DNA of 64,000 nt from Chrysomallon squamiferum (GCA_012295275.1 CM022678.1:5704001-5768000), one strand, 5' to 3'; shown: positions 28,740 through 43,218, counted from the stretch's first letter. Translations and numbers: made by a program. The notes: generated from the sequence alone by a model not told the origin.

Positions 28740-29130
28740 TCCGATAACCTAACGTAACAACAACAGGACCGGTAACCAGTCGCGCACGCAAGCAGCTTGT
28801 AGCCACGCCCAGCCCTCGATGATCCGAAAACTTTGGTCTCTAAGAACGCTCATTCACTCAGTCAGTCAATCTCCCGAAGCTACAAAAAAAAAAAAAAAAA
28901 ACGACGACCGTTATTCCTGAACGTGCTGCGCTTTTGAATCAATCGTCGACTGGTACTGGTACTGGCCGGCCCGGCCCGGCCGGCCGGACGCAGGGCATCT
29001 GCTGTGGCCATCTGCGAATTTAACAATAATTATTTATCTCTTTGTTTTTCAACTCTCTAAGTTTTACCAGTCCGCGAGAAACGTCGGCGGCTCCTTATGA
29101 AGTAAGCTAGTCGAGAATTTCCGCGTTGAT
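28740..29130. promoter_or_regulatory. CpG/GC-rich island, candidate enhancer or alternative promoter
   Basis: Dense CpG, initiator-like TCATTCACTCAGTCAGTC, GGCCGGCCCGGCCCGG runs and a possible donor AA|GTAAGC at 29101/29102. Confidence 0.4.
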
Positions 29131-29139
29131 AGACTTAAA

Positions 29140-29880
29140 GAGATTGAATCAGTTTTTAACAAGAGACCTTTTCGGTCACGCTGCTCAAATAATGACGTAT
29201 TTACGTATATATATAAACGTCATTTCTCTCGGTTTTTCCGTTTCCGCTTCGATAACTTGAATAAGTATATATAATGTTATTCAAAGGGTTTTTGTTTCCG
29301 CCTTGATAACTCGAAGTGATCCAGTTTTTAACAACAGTTCTGTTGTATTAATGATGATTATATGTTACGTTATTCACTCCCGTTTTTAGTTTTCGCTTCG
29401 GTAGCTTTGAATATGTGTATAATTTTATTCAAAGGGTTTTTGTTTTCGCTTCGATAACTCGAAATTAAATCAGTTTTAGCAAGAGATCATTGACCAGCCT
29501 AAAAACAATAATCACGTATAAGAGATATATTCTGCAAATAATTATATATGTTATTCAGTGCGTTTTTCGTTTCCGTTTTGATAACTTGAATATGTATTTA
29601 ATGTTATTCACTGGGATTTTGTTTTTATCATTGATAACTGGAAATGAAATCTATTTTTAGCTAAAGACTTTTAGTTTTAACGTTCTAATAATTATGTATG
29701 TGATGTTATTCAGTGGAATTTCAGTTTCAGCTCTAAATGGAATCACTTTTAACAAGAGACCTTTTGTACAAATAATTATATATTGTGCTGTTCATTGTTT
29801 TTTGTTCCTACCTTGATAGCTCGAAATAAAATGAGTTTGAACAAGAGATCTGTTGTACAAATAATTTATATATGATGTCA
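29140..29880. repeat. Old degenerate tandem repeat, units about 150-180 bp with an internal 55-60 bp duplication
   Basis: GTTATTCA...TTTTTGTTTCCGCTTCGATAACTCGAA and AATCAGTTTTTAACAAGAGA blocks recur. Confidence 0.85.
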
Positions 29881-30097
29881 GGTACTGGCGGTTTATTTCT
29901 AGTTTATTGTTTGTGTGTAAGAGTTCAGAGAATGCGCGTGCGTGCTATTTAAACAATAATTAAACAATCGTAATTGTATAATAAATTTTGTTGGTGGTTT
30001 CGGTATCTTCATGAGATAAAGATATTGATAATTGTTAATGAAATTTTCTAATAATTATTCTTATTTTCTGTTTTGTATGCACCTATATATGTGTGTT

Positions 30098-30158
<61 letters not shown>

Positions 30159-30459
30159 GTATGTGTATGTATGTATATATATTTATATATGTTTATGTAT
30201 ATGTTATATGTGTGTATATATATATGTGTGTATGGTTTATGTATATGTGCGTGTATGTGTATGTGTGTGTGTGTGCGTGTGTGTGTGTGTATTTTACATT
30301 GTTTCTCATTCCACTGCAAAAGAGGATTTATTTATGATTTTCTTTTTCTCAAATGTCGGATAAAAAAAAAAAAAAAAAAACAAACAACAAAAACATCACT
30401 TCAGTTCTCTAGCAAGCAATGAAAAATGTCCTAATTTAACCATCATTTTGTTAAGTACA

Positions 30460-30870
30460 TCAATCGTAGCGAAACAGGCAGATCGACAATCGCGCCGAAT
30501 TAACTCCGATGATGTACGGGAGCGCGTGCGAGAGCGCGCGCCAAAGGTGCACGCGCGGATAGGCCGGCCAGCAGTAGCTAGCTGCCAGGCCTGGCGCTCG
30601 CTCGGGTTTTTCTGAACGTCAGGGTAAACACGAAGTAAGTGGTCCGCGTTTCAGACCCGACCGTGATAATTAGAACGGCATTGAGCAAACAGAACGCGTC
30701 AAATCGTAACTCTGAATAAACAGAGCAGCAGAGGAGCGAAATCGCCACTTCCAGACGTCTTTAATAAGCGCAGCTTCGCCATTACCACATCGCCGGCAGC
30801 AAAAAGGGAAAGGTTGCACTGTAGCGAATCAATTTCCAACGGCTGCGATGTTATTGAGAAAGGATCGGCA
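30460..30870. promoter_or_regulatory. CpG island, candidate enhancer or alternative promoter
   Basis: Among the most GC-rich segments of the window; GCGCGCGC runs, palindromes GGCCGGCC and GCCAGGCCTGGC, and a possible donor AA|GTAAGT at 30634/30635. Confidence 0.45.
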
Positions 30871-31052
30871 GGTCTTTTTGAATGAAAAGGGAAAAAAAAG
30901 AAAAAAAAAAAAAAAGAAAAGGAAAGAAGAAGAATGTGTATATTAATGATTAAAGATGCAGTTGAGATCGAAATAATTAAATATTGGGAAATTTGTATTT
31001 ATTTTAATTTATTTTCTGTGAATGAGAACACAAGAGAAGAAAAGAAAAAATG

Positions 31053-31092
<40 letters not shown>

Positions 31093-31370
31093 AATGAGAA
31101 TGAAGTTGATGATTTAGATGAAGAAAACTAAAAACTAACTAACTAAATAAATAAATAAATAAGGAACTAAGTAAACAAACATTTAAATAAATAAATAAGT
31201 AAATGCCAAACAAAAAGAAATTCATCTTGTAATTATCGTAATGAAGTAAATAAAATATCGATTATGTGTATGTGTCTGGGTGTACGTTCATTAATACTGT
31301 TTTAATGTCTCACACACACACACACGTGTATATTCTGACATACATACACACACACACGTACATACAGGCA

Positions 31371-31423
<53 letters not shown>

Positions 31424-31460
31424 TCACAAATCACAATTCTCTTGTAGCAAGATTCAACTC

Positions 31461-31573
<113 letters not shown>

Positions 31574-32078
31574 CACCCTCTACCTCCTTGTTCCGGGAAA
31601 AAAAATGATGACATTATCATCACCGATGGGAAATGATTTGCTGAATTGCAACCACCAAGGGCCTCCTTCGCACATAGATAGCATTCATTTTTATTTTTTT
31701 ATTTTTTTTTTTTTTATTATTTTTTTTTTATTTCCCCTCCCCCCACACCACTCTTTCTTTCGCCGACTAAGGCCATTTGTTTATGACGATTCTCGAAACA
31801 AAGGGCGTCTGCGGACAGAACCAAAATTACACAACGTTTGTTTTCGATTGATTTAGTCCCAACATGGCCGTTCGTTTTGCGCGGGAAAAGAACACAGGTT
31901 TTTTCGTCGTCGAGTGTTTTAATCGGAGGCAGATTGTCGCCACCATGGAAGCCGTCGTACGAGTTGTTGCTTTTCGAGCGACTACGACAGCAGCCAGTAA
32001 AACAGTTGTGTGTGGAAGAGCAGAAGATTCTGTTGTTGAACGAATTATTATTATTTTATTTTTCATTTTTTATTATTA

Positions 32079-32131
<53 letters not shown>

Positions 32132-32149
32132 TATGAAGAGAAAGAAAGG

Positions 32150-32241
<92 letters not shown>

Positions 32242-33139
32242 ATAGTAGTAGTAGTAGTAATAGCAATAATGGCAATAATAATAAAAATAATAATAGTAGT
32301 AGTAGCAATAATAGCAATGATTTCATGTTAATTCACAGTTTTCACTGCAGCATGGGTTACTATTTTTATACAGTCATAAAATATAATAATTAAAAAAGAT
32401 AAGATAAATCCGTATTAATCTTTAGTTTACACTGCTGCATGGGTTACTATTCTCGAATGTCATCGAAAAAGAAAACTTTGATACAGAGACAGATAGCTAT
32501 GCTGATTCAGGAACAAAGAAACAACAAAGGAAAAAAAAAAAAATAATAATAATAATAAAAAATAAATCAAGCTTTATAACGTAATTTTAAAATGTCAGCC
32601 AGTCTGAATTAATTAACGCCATAATTACGTTTCCCAGTAAGTACACAGTAGACGAGTTTGTGCGCACGTGCAGGCACATAGGAATGTAGTATGTGCACGT
32701 GCACGCGCTAGAAACTCGATGACGCGATTTACCCCTCCCCCTCGCGGCAGCCCGGTGACGTAATTCCATCAAACAGATTATGTGGTAATTCCTTCAGATT
32801 AGAACGAGTTTTTGTCATCGCCTTTTCGCTCTGCTCTGCCTTGGTCACGTGATGGATTATTTTTTTTTAAACAGCTATTGTCTTCCTAGTTCCGCGATCA
32901 TTATTTCATTGTCTGTCTCTTCTTCCACATTTTTAACAATTTTTTTTTTTTTATTTATTTATATAATATATTTTAAAAAAGATAACCATTAAGAGCAATC
33001 CCAGAATGCTTTCGGACCGTACTAAAAAAAAAAAAAAAAAAAAAAATACCTTTATAACGATCGCTATTCGCACGTTCTCAGCAACTGAAGAACCAATACA
33101 TACATGGCAGCGCGGGGTTTTTTTGTTTTCTGTCCTGAC

Positions 33140-33151
33140 TGCGCATGCGCA
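33140..33151. promoter_or_regulatory. Perfect NRF1/Ewg-type palindrome TGCGCATGCGCA
   Basis: Exact 12-bp consensus match inside a CpG-retaining segment. Confidence 0.5.
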
Positions 33152-33452
33152 AGGATTTTTTTTTTTCATCTTCTTCTTCTTCTTCTCCAAAGTGAATTAT
33201 TGTCGCATTGACCGGCCCTGTATAGAGGTGAAATGCAATTTCGACAGCAGAGATTTATATTAGGTTATGCCGGTCTCAGTGTACCAGATCTATTTGTTAG
33301 TTAACTAGTAATGTTTTGATAGCTGGCTTATAGGCAAATAAATTATTATATTCTTTGTAGTATAAAAATAGTTCGACGTTTGTCGTTTGTCGGATCGCGC
33401 CCCGTCTATGGACTATCAAGGCAAATATTTAGTAATAATGTTTATTCTTCTT

Positions 33453-33512
<60 letters not shown>

Positions 33513-33541
33513 GTTATTGTTATTGTTATTATTATTATTCC

Positions 33542-33577
<36 letters not shown>

Positions 33578-33656
33578 TAATGTTGTTGTTGTTGCTAATT
33601 CTGTTGTTGTGGTGTTATTGATTTGTTTTGTTGTTGTTGTTGTTCTTCTTCTTCTT

Positions 33657-33687
<31 letters not shown>

Positions 33688-35045
33688 TTATTATTATTAT
33701 TATTAAAAAAAAAAAAAAAAATATGTACTTTACCCAGTGGTTTCTTAACAAAAAGTCAGACTATCCCAAAATTCTGTCCTGGCAGTTAACATAAGGTTTA
33801 TTTATTCAAACTGATGTCCATGTAAGCGTACTTGGACCGAATAGGCAATCGAACACCGATTCCGTTGTGTACTATTTTTCAGCCATCACAGAATTCAATT
33901 TAAATCGAGGCTTCTTCGATCACGTAGTCAAATGCAGGCACAAAGCTTAATACGTTTCACTTCGATCGAAGAGCTTCGAGGAGTTTTGCTGAACTGCCTA
34001 AATTAAAACGCAAGGCCAATCTCGGGTCAATAAATATAGGTTTCAGGGTCACTGTCAATCATGCGTTTAACGCTTTCCGTTATTTCTTTACGGAAAAACT
34101 ATGACGTCATTCTCGGCAGATTTTTCCCTCCTCCTAAGGCGAGTGTATCCCCCCCCCATCTGGCGTTCTTTGATTTCCAGAAATTTTAGAAAATTATAAA
34201 TCTAGTGTTTGTCTTGTTATGTAATATTGTACAGCTACATCAACGATGTTAATAACAACTGAAACGACGTTAACAACGACGACAACAATAACGATATAAA
34301 ATATATTACTACTACTACTACTACTACTACAAGTACTGCTACTGCTTTTGCTACTTCTACCACTAGTACTATTACTATCACAACTATACGTTTAGTACTA
34401 GGGAGTTAACCAAGTAGGTAGGTAGATAATTAAAAAGCCAAAAACAGAATGGACCAATACAAATAAATTAATTAATTAAGCAAAAGAAGAAAGAAGAAAG
34501 AAAAAAAAAAACCACCATAAACAGCCTATGCTTGAAAAATAAACGTGAATCTAATAATGTACAAAACGGTTTCAAATAATAAATAAATAAATAAATAAGG
34601 TAAGATAAAAAAAACAAAAAGATAAAGAAAAATAAAAAAGAAAAGGAAGAAGTAGTAAAAAAAAAAAAGAAGACAAACAGAAAAAGAAAGTATTGAATAA
34701 AAGACAAAGAAAAAAACAAAAGCAATCGGCCAAAAAAACAACAACAAAAAAAACAACAACAAAAAAAAAAAAAAAAAAAAAAAAAATACCAACAAAGCCT
34801 CCAACATAGAAAGAAAGAAAGAAAGAAAGAAAGAAAAAAGTTGTTAAGACGAGAATGATTTTAACAGAGTTACATTTCGAGATATTATATATCTTACTGG
34901 CGCGTGCCTCTTGTTCCAGAAATACAGTTGATTCATCAAAGTTCACAAACAGAACAGAGAAAACACTGAGTCATTGTATTTCTTTTCTCTTTGCTTGAAA
35001 CATAAACATGTTAGAACTCACACAGACACACACAGACAGACAGAC

Positions 35046-35119
<74 letters not shown>

Positions 35120-35705
35120 GCATAAACACACACACGTACACACACAGATAAAATAAAATAAAAATAATTCACCATAGAACAGTTTCCTTCTGTACTTTCC
35201 CGAGGAAACACAAGATTAGAGACGAAGCGTTCACCTAAGACGTCATAATAAAAACAATTTAAAAATTAAAATAAGCGGATGACGTCATAACTGTAATCGA
35301 TAAACAAAAGTAAGTCGGATTTTGTCAAATAGATAGTTAAACGTAAGTATACATTTTTTAAATTGCATGCATATGTGAGATAGTGTTTGCGTACATTTAT
35401 GAAAGATATTAGGATGTTTTGGGTGGGGTTTTTTTTTTGTTGTTGTTTTTTCTTGTCGTGTTTTTTTTTTCTCATGAACATTACATTAATAATGTTGTTT
35501 TTTTTTTTTTTTTTTAATCGTTCTTGCTTTTGTTTTTACATTTCAATTTCTTTTATTTTGTTCAGTATTATTTATTCTTGTTGTTTCGTTTGATCAATTT
35601 TTTTATTTATTCACATTTTTTTTTACATTTTTTATTTATTTCAATCACCAGTTTCAGTCTCTTTCAGTCCCATTATTGTTAATTTTTTAAATTATTAATT
35701 CACCG

Positions 35706-35771
<66 letters not shown>

Positions 35772-36392
35772 CTCCCTCCCTCCCTTCCCCCTCCCTCTCT
35801 CTCTGCTAGTTTCTTTTTTCCACTGCAACGCATCGATCTCATCTGTATCAACCTCTTCACTGCAAAGAAACAAAATAATCATCAAATTTTCCAATATCTT
35901 AACAAATACCACTGATCTATCTGTCCGAATCCGGCAGACTTAATGTAAATTAGATCTCTCTATCTGTGAGAAACAAACCCCTGTTGATACATGAACTCGC
36001 AAAACACCGCGCACACGCACGCACTGTCTTGTCTGCCTGCTTAAAGGTGATGTGGCTTACCTGCAGATTCGACACGGTTACCTGTGCATTTATCTCTCTT
36101 TACCTTACAAGTCTGCACCGATACAATTACCTGAACATAATGGAACTGCTTGTGTCAGCAGTTATCGTTCCATCGGGGACAGAAAAAAAACAAACGATTT
36201 CAGCTAGTTTTGCTGTAATTCTCACATCTGTTTCATATCAGAATTAATATATGTGTGCATATATTTATATATATACACACACACACACACACATATATAT
36301 TTCTAAATAATGTGCCTACGTGTGTATATAATATCTAAGTATATGTATACTTAAATAACAGCCGTATATTCACAGAAATACGTTAATATATT

Positions 36393-36432
<40 letters not shown>

Positions 36433-36461
36433 TTCACAGAAAGACGTTAATATAAACACAG

Positions 36462-36550
<89 letters not shown>

Positions 36551-36944
36551 AAGCAATGATAAAAAACACAGAAAGAAAAAAGAAAAAAAGGAATAATAAA
36601 AGGAAATCTCGCTGAATGTACTCAACGTGCAGTAGTTTATTTCCACAATTAGCCAGCAATATCGTGTTCAGTGCTTTACAGAAGCCCTTTGATTCAGTCT
36701 CGGAAATCATTCCGAGCTCTGAACGGTCAAAGACTCGTCATACCCTTTCGGTCGATTTTCTTGTTTTTTTCTTTTTTTTTCGTTTCAATCCGAGAAACGT
36801 GGCGCTTAAGATAGAAACGATTGAGCCCGAGACTGGCCGATTCATGTCGGATGAGAGAAAAACGAAGATCGCTTTTCACTTCGTAGATTATCGCCACGAA
36901 TACGACAAAAGGACGGCCAATGATTTTCGTGTTTGTAGGAAAGC

Positions 36945-36979
<35 letters not shown>

Positions 36980-36980
<1 letters not shown>

Positions 36981-37440
36981 GGGACAGATCTTGCGGGGTA
37001 GTCGTTTTGCGATAAATGCTGTTGATGCTGATTGTTTGGGGACAGATGCTGAAGGGCGTCGTTTTTGCAGTCGAATGTTGTGGTTGCTGATGTTTGCGCA
37101 CAGATGTGGAAGAGCGTCTTTTTGCAATGAATGTTGTTGTTGTAGGGCGTCATTTGTAATGAATGTTGTGCTTGCTAATGTTTGGGGATAAATCTTGCAG
37201 GGAGTCATTTGCGTTAATTGTTGATGCCGATGTTTGGAAATAAATGTTGTAGGGCGTCACTAGCGATAAATGTTGTTGATGGTGACGTTTGAGGATGCTG
37301 CAGTCTCATTTGTGATAAATGTTGTTGATGCTGACGTTTGAGGAAATGTTGTAGGGCGTCATTTGCGATAAATGTTGTTGTAGCTGACGTTTGAGGACAT
37401 CTTGCAGGGCGTCTTTTTATTTGTAGCAAATGTTGTTATT
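36980..37440. repeat. Degenerate minisatellite, unit about 53 bp, about 9 copies
   Basis: Consensus approximately GTAGGGCGTCATTTGCGATAAATGTTGTTGATGCTGACGTTTGAGGACATCTT. It contributes to the ORFs predicted at 36616-37429. Confidence 0.9.
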
Positions 37441-38789
37441 CTGGTGGAACTAGATGTGCTGAGGCTTTTTAAAGTTTATTTACATTATTTTTTATTTTAA
37501 TGATCGATGATGAAATTAAACGATGAATGCATATATCTAGTGAGTCAGGAAATTTTGGAATTCTTCTGATAGAGACTATCAGTGACTTTAGGTCTTAGAT
37601 GACGTCGTTGCTGATGTTGGAGATAAGTTATCGGTCAGCGGTTTGCTGTTGGCTAAAATGGTTCGGTATGAGGTTGTGGCAATGATGATGATAATAGTAT
37701 TTATGATGATCCTTCTGAAGATGACGTCGTTGAAGGGTAAGGCCGAGACGTTTGTATTGGGTACACTGGTAACTGTAATGTTGAGGTTGTAATTTAGTAA
37801 TTTATAATGAAAATGACAACAATGAACAACAACAACAACAACAATGATGATCATAATAATAACAATAATAATAAGAAGAAATAGTACTACTAAATATTTG
37901 ATAATAATAACAACAACGACAACGACAACAACAATAACCAGAGTTCACTGTGGTTGTAATACAAACAACATCAGCTTCTTTAACCTCATCAACGATGACG
38001 ATGTGGAATATTTTCAAACTTGAAACTAATTTTAAAACATTAAAAACCTTCCAATGTTGGGACGTCTGGTTACGGCTTTCCTAAAAAAAATTCGACCGAA
38101 ACTACACAACACTACCACCACCACCACCACTACTACCAGGTCTGGAACGGGAATAAACGGGCGTCTGTTTGTCCGTCTCACACGTGACTGCTCCAGTCGG
38201 CCGTCACTCGGAACGCCTCGTTAATTAACACGAGTTTAGAATCTGTGGGGTTTTTTTTTTTTGGAAAAGCACAAACGCTGTCAGTCGCTGACATGTTTTC
38301 GCTGGTCCTGTAAAATCGATTAACACGTTTGTTATCGCAAGCATCAAATTGCACGTGCCTGTCGGCCATTAGAACTGACCGCGCAGAAGAGTTGTTTTTA
38401 CACCCGCCTTTGCAGCAATCGCTCGCTTGATCGTGTTACCCTGTGTGTGTGATTGTGTTACCTCTGGTTTCGGCTCAGTCCACTGGAAACGTGGGCTTTG
38501 AGACCAGTGCCCCGCAGCTTAGAAAAAAAAAAAAAAAAGTGTTCGTACATTACTCTCGTTCTCGTTCTCTCTCTCGCTCGCTCTCGTCAAAGTTTGAGAG
38601 CAAAACACCGGAAATGACCTCTGGCGCGTAGGTGTTTTGCAGGTCACTGTCTTCTGTAAAAGTGTAGCGTAAAAAAAAAATAAAAATAAATAGAAATAAT
38701 AATAATAATAAGAAGAAGAAGAAGAAGATTATAATAATTATTATTATTACTACTACTATTACTATTACTACTACTACTACTACTACTTC

Positions 38790-38839
<50 letters not shown>

Positions 38840-39529
38840 TAATAATAATAATAACCAATATTGATAATAAAAAGAAAGAAAGAAAAGAAAAAAATAGTGT
38901 AAATGAAGATAATAAAATAGGAATTAAATTACTGATAATAAATAAAACAAGTAAACAAATATTAATATTAATTCTGTTGATTGATGTGTCATGGCCTGTG
39001 TCAAACATGTGGTAGAACATGAGGTAACTCGGGGAAACAGTTCAGAGGGCGCTGTATGAAGAATCGATCCAGTGAAATTTCAAGCTTCGGGAAGTTCTTA
39101 CAAAATTTCTTTTAACTATAGAGCTTTTTCTTTTTTTTTTTTTTTTTCTTTTTTTTCCTCTTTTTGTGCGTCAGGGAAGCAAGCGAAAGGAAAAAGTCAT
39201 AATTCTTTTAGAATTTTCTGTTTTTTTAATCTTTTTATCTTAATTATTAAGATTCTCCTCCTTAATAAATTACATCTTGCCTTTGATTATCTGGTTTAAA
39301 ACATAGCGCAAAACTTTATACTCAATTAACTTGTTTTATTATTCTGTGTACACGACGCAAAACTTCTAAACATGTTCACCAAAAGATTGTAAAAACGAAT
39401 AATTTTTTTTTTTTTTTTTTTCAAATGTAAAAAAGTAAAAAGAAAATTTTTTAAAAATTAAAATGGAGGATAGGGTAAAAGTACATAAACTCAGGTTATA
39501 CAAAAGTTATGATCATGTTGAAATTAAAC

Positions 39530-39860
39530 AGGCATGACGTCATTCCGTTCCGTGCCAGGCGAATAATCGGTGGTTCACGTCTGATGTGACGTCAAGCCGA
39601 TGACCTTTCCGACCTGGCGCTGAAAATCTCGCGAGATAACGCGTGACTTGTAGACTGTTGGGTCGGAGGTTGTCGGAGGGAAGTGTTTTTCCACGTCACC
39701 TGGATGAATTTAAATTAAATTATCCCTGCATGTGATGGTGTTTATCTCACCACGTAGATAATCGACATCAGCAAATGACAGTTACGACTGTGTCTGGTTA
39801 CCTGAGGTTGCACAGAGCTCCTTTCTTGTCAATCCGGTGATTCTGTTCACGTGATTCTTA
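39530..39860. promoter_or_regulatory. Motif-dense intronic enhancer candidate
   Basis: Two full CREs (39535, 39587), TCTCGCGAGA (39627-39636), a TGACCT half-site, CCACGTCA (39691) and an E-box CACGTG near 39848, all within about 330 bp. Confidence 0.55.
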
Positions 39861-39877
39861 TTTATTTTAATTTATTA

Positions 39878-39908
<31 letters not shown>

Positions 39909-40122
39909 TTTTTACAGTATGAAATAAGCAAAATAATATATAAAATAAAATAATAGGTGTGTAATGAAGGTATAATTAATCGGATGTAAAGGCAACTATA
40001 ATGTTTCAAGAGATGGTTTTAACGGTTTGCTTTCCTTTGTTCGTGTCATTTAAATCCTAAATCTGAAGACAACGGCAAGATGTAATAAAGAGAGGGACCC
40101 ACAAGAGACAAATACACAGTCA

Positions 40123-40228
<106 letters not shown>

Positions 40229-40844
40229 ATGTGTACAAATGAAACAGATTAATTTATAAACATACAGTATCTGGTATGCAATAGCAGAAGCAGAAGAAGA
40301 AGAAGAAGAAATAACAAAAACAACATGGCTAACATTCTTTGGTTCCAGACAACACGATTATATATAAACAGTAATTTTTAAACACTACTTCTTCACTAGA
40401 AACTCTCTGCGTAATATTTAAAGCTGCAAATATTCTTTCTGTCAATGAACAGTTAGAAACCAGCTTCCCCTGCACTGAAGTTTCATTTATTTCTTATACA
40501 CTCAGCACAGTTCAAAACCGACAAAGAGTTTCTCTGTTAGAAGATTATTTTGGAAAGACGGTAACAAACTACTGGCAGAAGTTCATACAAGTGATGCGAA
40601 CACAGATACTTAAAACTGTAAAGGTCAACAGCCTCCACTTTAAACTTACAAGGACCTGTATATTCAGTATAAATGGAGTATAAAAAATATTAAAAATTTA
40701 AAAAAAAAAAAAAAAAAAGGAAAAGAGAAACAAAAATGAAACAAAGATTTTGGAAAAATAAAGAATCACTGTTTCCTATGACAGTCAACTTCTGATATTC
40801 ATATGACTACCTTAGGTGTGTTTGATAACTTATATAACTTATAT

Positions 40845-40875
<31 letters not shown>

Positions 40876-40905
40876 TTTCTTCTTCTTCTTCTTCTTCTTC
40901 TTCTT

Positions 40906-40936
<31 letters not shown>

Positions 40937-41348
40937 TTATTATTATTATTATTATTATTATTGTTGTTGTTGTTGTTGTTGTTGTTGTTACTGTTGTTAT
41001 TACTGTTACTTTTGTTATTATTATTATTATTATTATTATTGTTACAGTTATTGTTATTACTGTTACTGTTATTATTATTATTATTGTTACTATTGTTATT
41101 GTTATTATTGTTATTACTGCTATTGTTGTTGTTATTGTTGTCACGTTATTGTTTCACTTACTCACTAACCGCTGTTAGTTCAAGTGTAAGAAGATAAGTT
41201 GGAGAAAGAATACCGCCCTTGTCAGTGAAGGATGAGTTGTTACAGAGTCGCGATCTTCAGTACCTTCACGTGTCAAGGATTATGTAGGACACCTGCAAAC
41301 TCACACAACGACAGATACACACACTCACACAGAAGAAAACAGATACAG

Positions 41349-41446
<98 letters not shown>

Positions 41447-42358
41447 ATATGTTCATAATGTATTTGTGTATGCGAATGTGGAGAAACAGAGACAGCGAGA
41501 CAAACAGATAGATAAATGGATACAAATAGGTTGTGTGTGTATTTATATTTGTATATGAATTCGGAAACACAGACAGACATATAACTAGATAACTAGATAC
41601 AGTTTTGTGTGAGTATTGATAATAATTTGGAGAGACAGACAGGGGGAGACTGTAACAACAGAGAAAAAAATCATTGTTTATTAAAAAAAAGAGAGGATAT
41701 TACAATCTTACACAATTTGCTGTGATAATTGTGGGTACAGTGGATTCGATCCCACGACCAGTCGTTCTAAAAGCGTATGGACTGTACGTCTGCTCTTCTG
41801 TGTCTGGTTCCGGAAAACAGAGCGAAACGCAGAAGAGTTCGATAAATAAAGCTCGCTCCACGTGCACCGGAAGTCGGGGGAAGTCAGGATTATACTCACC
41901 TACCGCAATGAAACTGAAAGAAATTTATCAAGCTTTAAGATCAGTTAAATTTGAAAATAAAACCAAATAAAAAAAAGATTAAAAAAAAGATACATAAAAG
42001 TTAAAGGAACGTTCGAAAATGTTAAAAGTGAAAGATAAAAGTAAACCAAATAATAAAAATAATAAGTGAAATAAAATGAAATGAGAGAGAGAGAGATGAA
42101 AACGAAAATAATCCTTATTCCATTACGTAAATTATTTTCATTCAAGTCCTTGAAAAGGTTAATACTGGATCAAAATAAGTTTTGAATAACCTGACGTACC
42201 ACTCTTAACGTGTATGATGAGATTCAAGCCCGGTTTTGAAAGGTCAGTATTGGGGCATTTTTACACAGTGGTCGGTTTTAAATCATCACCGAAGAGAAAA
42301 AAGTACGGTAAAGAGCGATGCAGTTTCACAAAGATGGTTGTTAGTGAATGTGTGTGTG

Positions 42359-42392
<34 letters not shown>

Positions 42393-42504
42393 ATGTGTGT
42401 TTTTGTGTAATCCATATAAACACAAATGAAGTAAAACAAATTATCTCTTGTAGTTGCATTTGTCATATATTCTCGTCTTTCCTATTCCGGTGTTAAACAT
42501 TTTG

Positions 42505-42535
<31 letters not shown>

Positions 42536-42873
42536 TATTTAGTATATCAGAGAGTAAACGCGGTTTACCAGCATACTCATTCTCAGTTTTGAAGTTTATC
42601 TTAGTACGTTCAAGTTCAGAATGTTTAATTAATAATAAGCTGACTTGTTTGAAACAATAATTCAACAACATCCTTTAGTGATGGAATTTCTTACATTATC
42701 CAGGTTTTACAGATCTCAGGATTGTTTGAACAGAACTATTTGATGCTATCAAAAACATGCAGTTGATTTATAACATCATTTAGGTTTGTTTGAGAAACTG
42801 CCAAAAAAATCTTATGAAAGTTTTACGAGGGGAATTTAGGCACCGTTACTGCATTATCTCTTCTTATTTATCT

Positions 42874-42973
<100 letters not shown>

Positions 42974-43187
42974 CGATAAAATACGTTTGATGGTTAAACA
43001 AAAAAAAAAAAAATTTTTTTTTTTTTAAATTCAAAATGGCGTCTTGTTCTATTTTCCTGAGTCTAATTATATACGTTTATAACGTAATAAATATAATATT
43101 ACTTTGAAATATTTATAAAAGCAAAGAAAAAGAAACTAAATACACACGTAAACGAAAATAAAACGTGAATAAATTAATATATATATT

Positions 43188-43218
<31 letters not shown>

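Noticed and set aside
29468-29492. bantam-like fragments (AATCAGTTTT, GAGATCATTG)
   Set aside because: Partial matches inside a tandem repeat, with no full mature sequence, seed site or hairpin.
32340-32452. Direct repeat of about 25 bp (CACTGC.GCATGGGTTACTATT) about 87 bp apart
   Set aside because: An ordinary small local duplication, with no TIRs or other structure between the copies.
36616-37429. Overlapping 70-190 aa ORFs on both strands
   Set aside because: They run through poly-T and the 53-bp minisatellite, and unit lengths do not preserve frame.
41740-41760. Pol III B-box-like GGATTCGATCCC
   Set aside because: No convincing A-box or cloverleaf; I found no tRNA or rRNA gene in the window.
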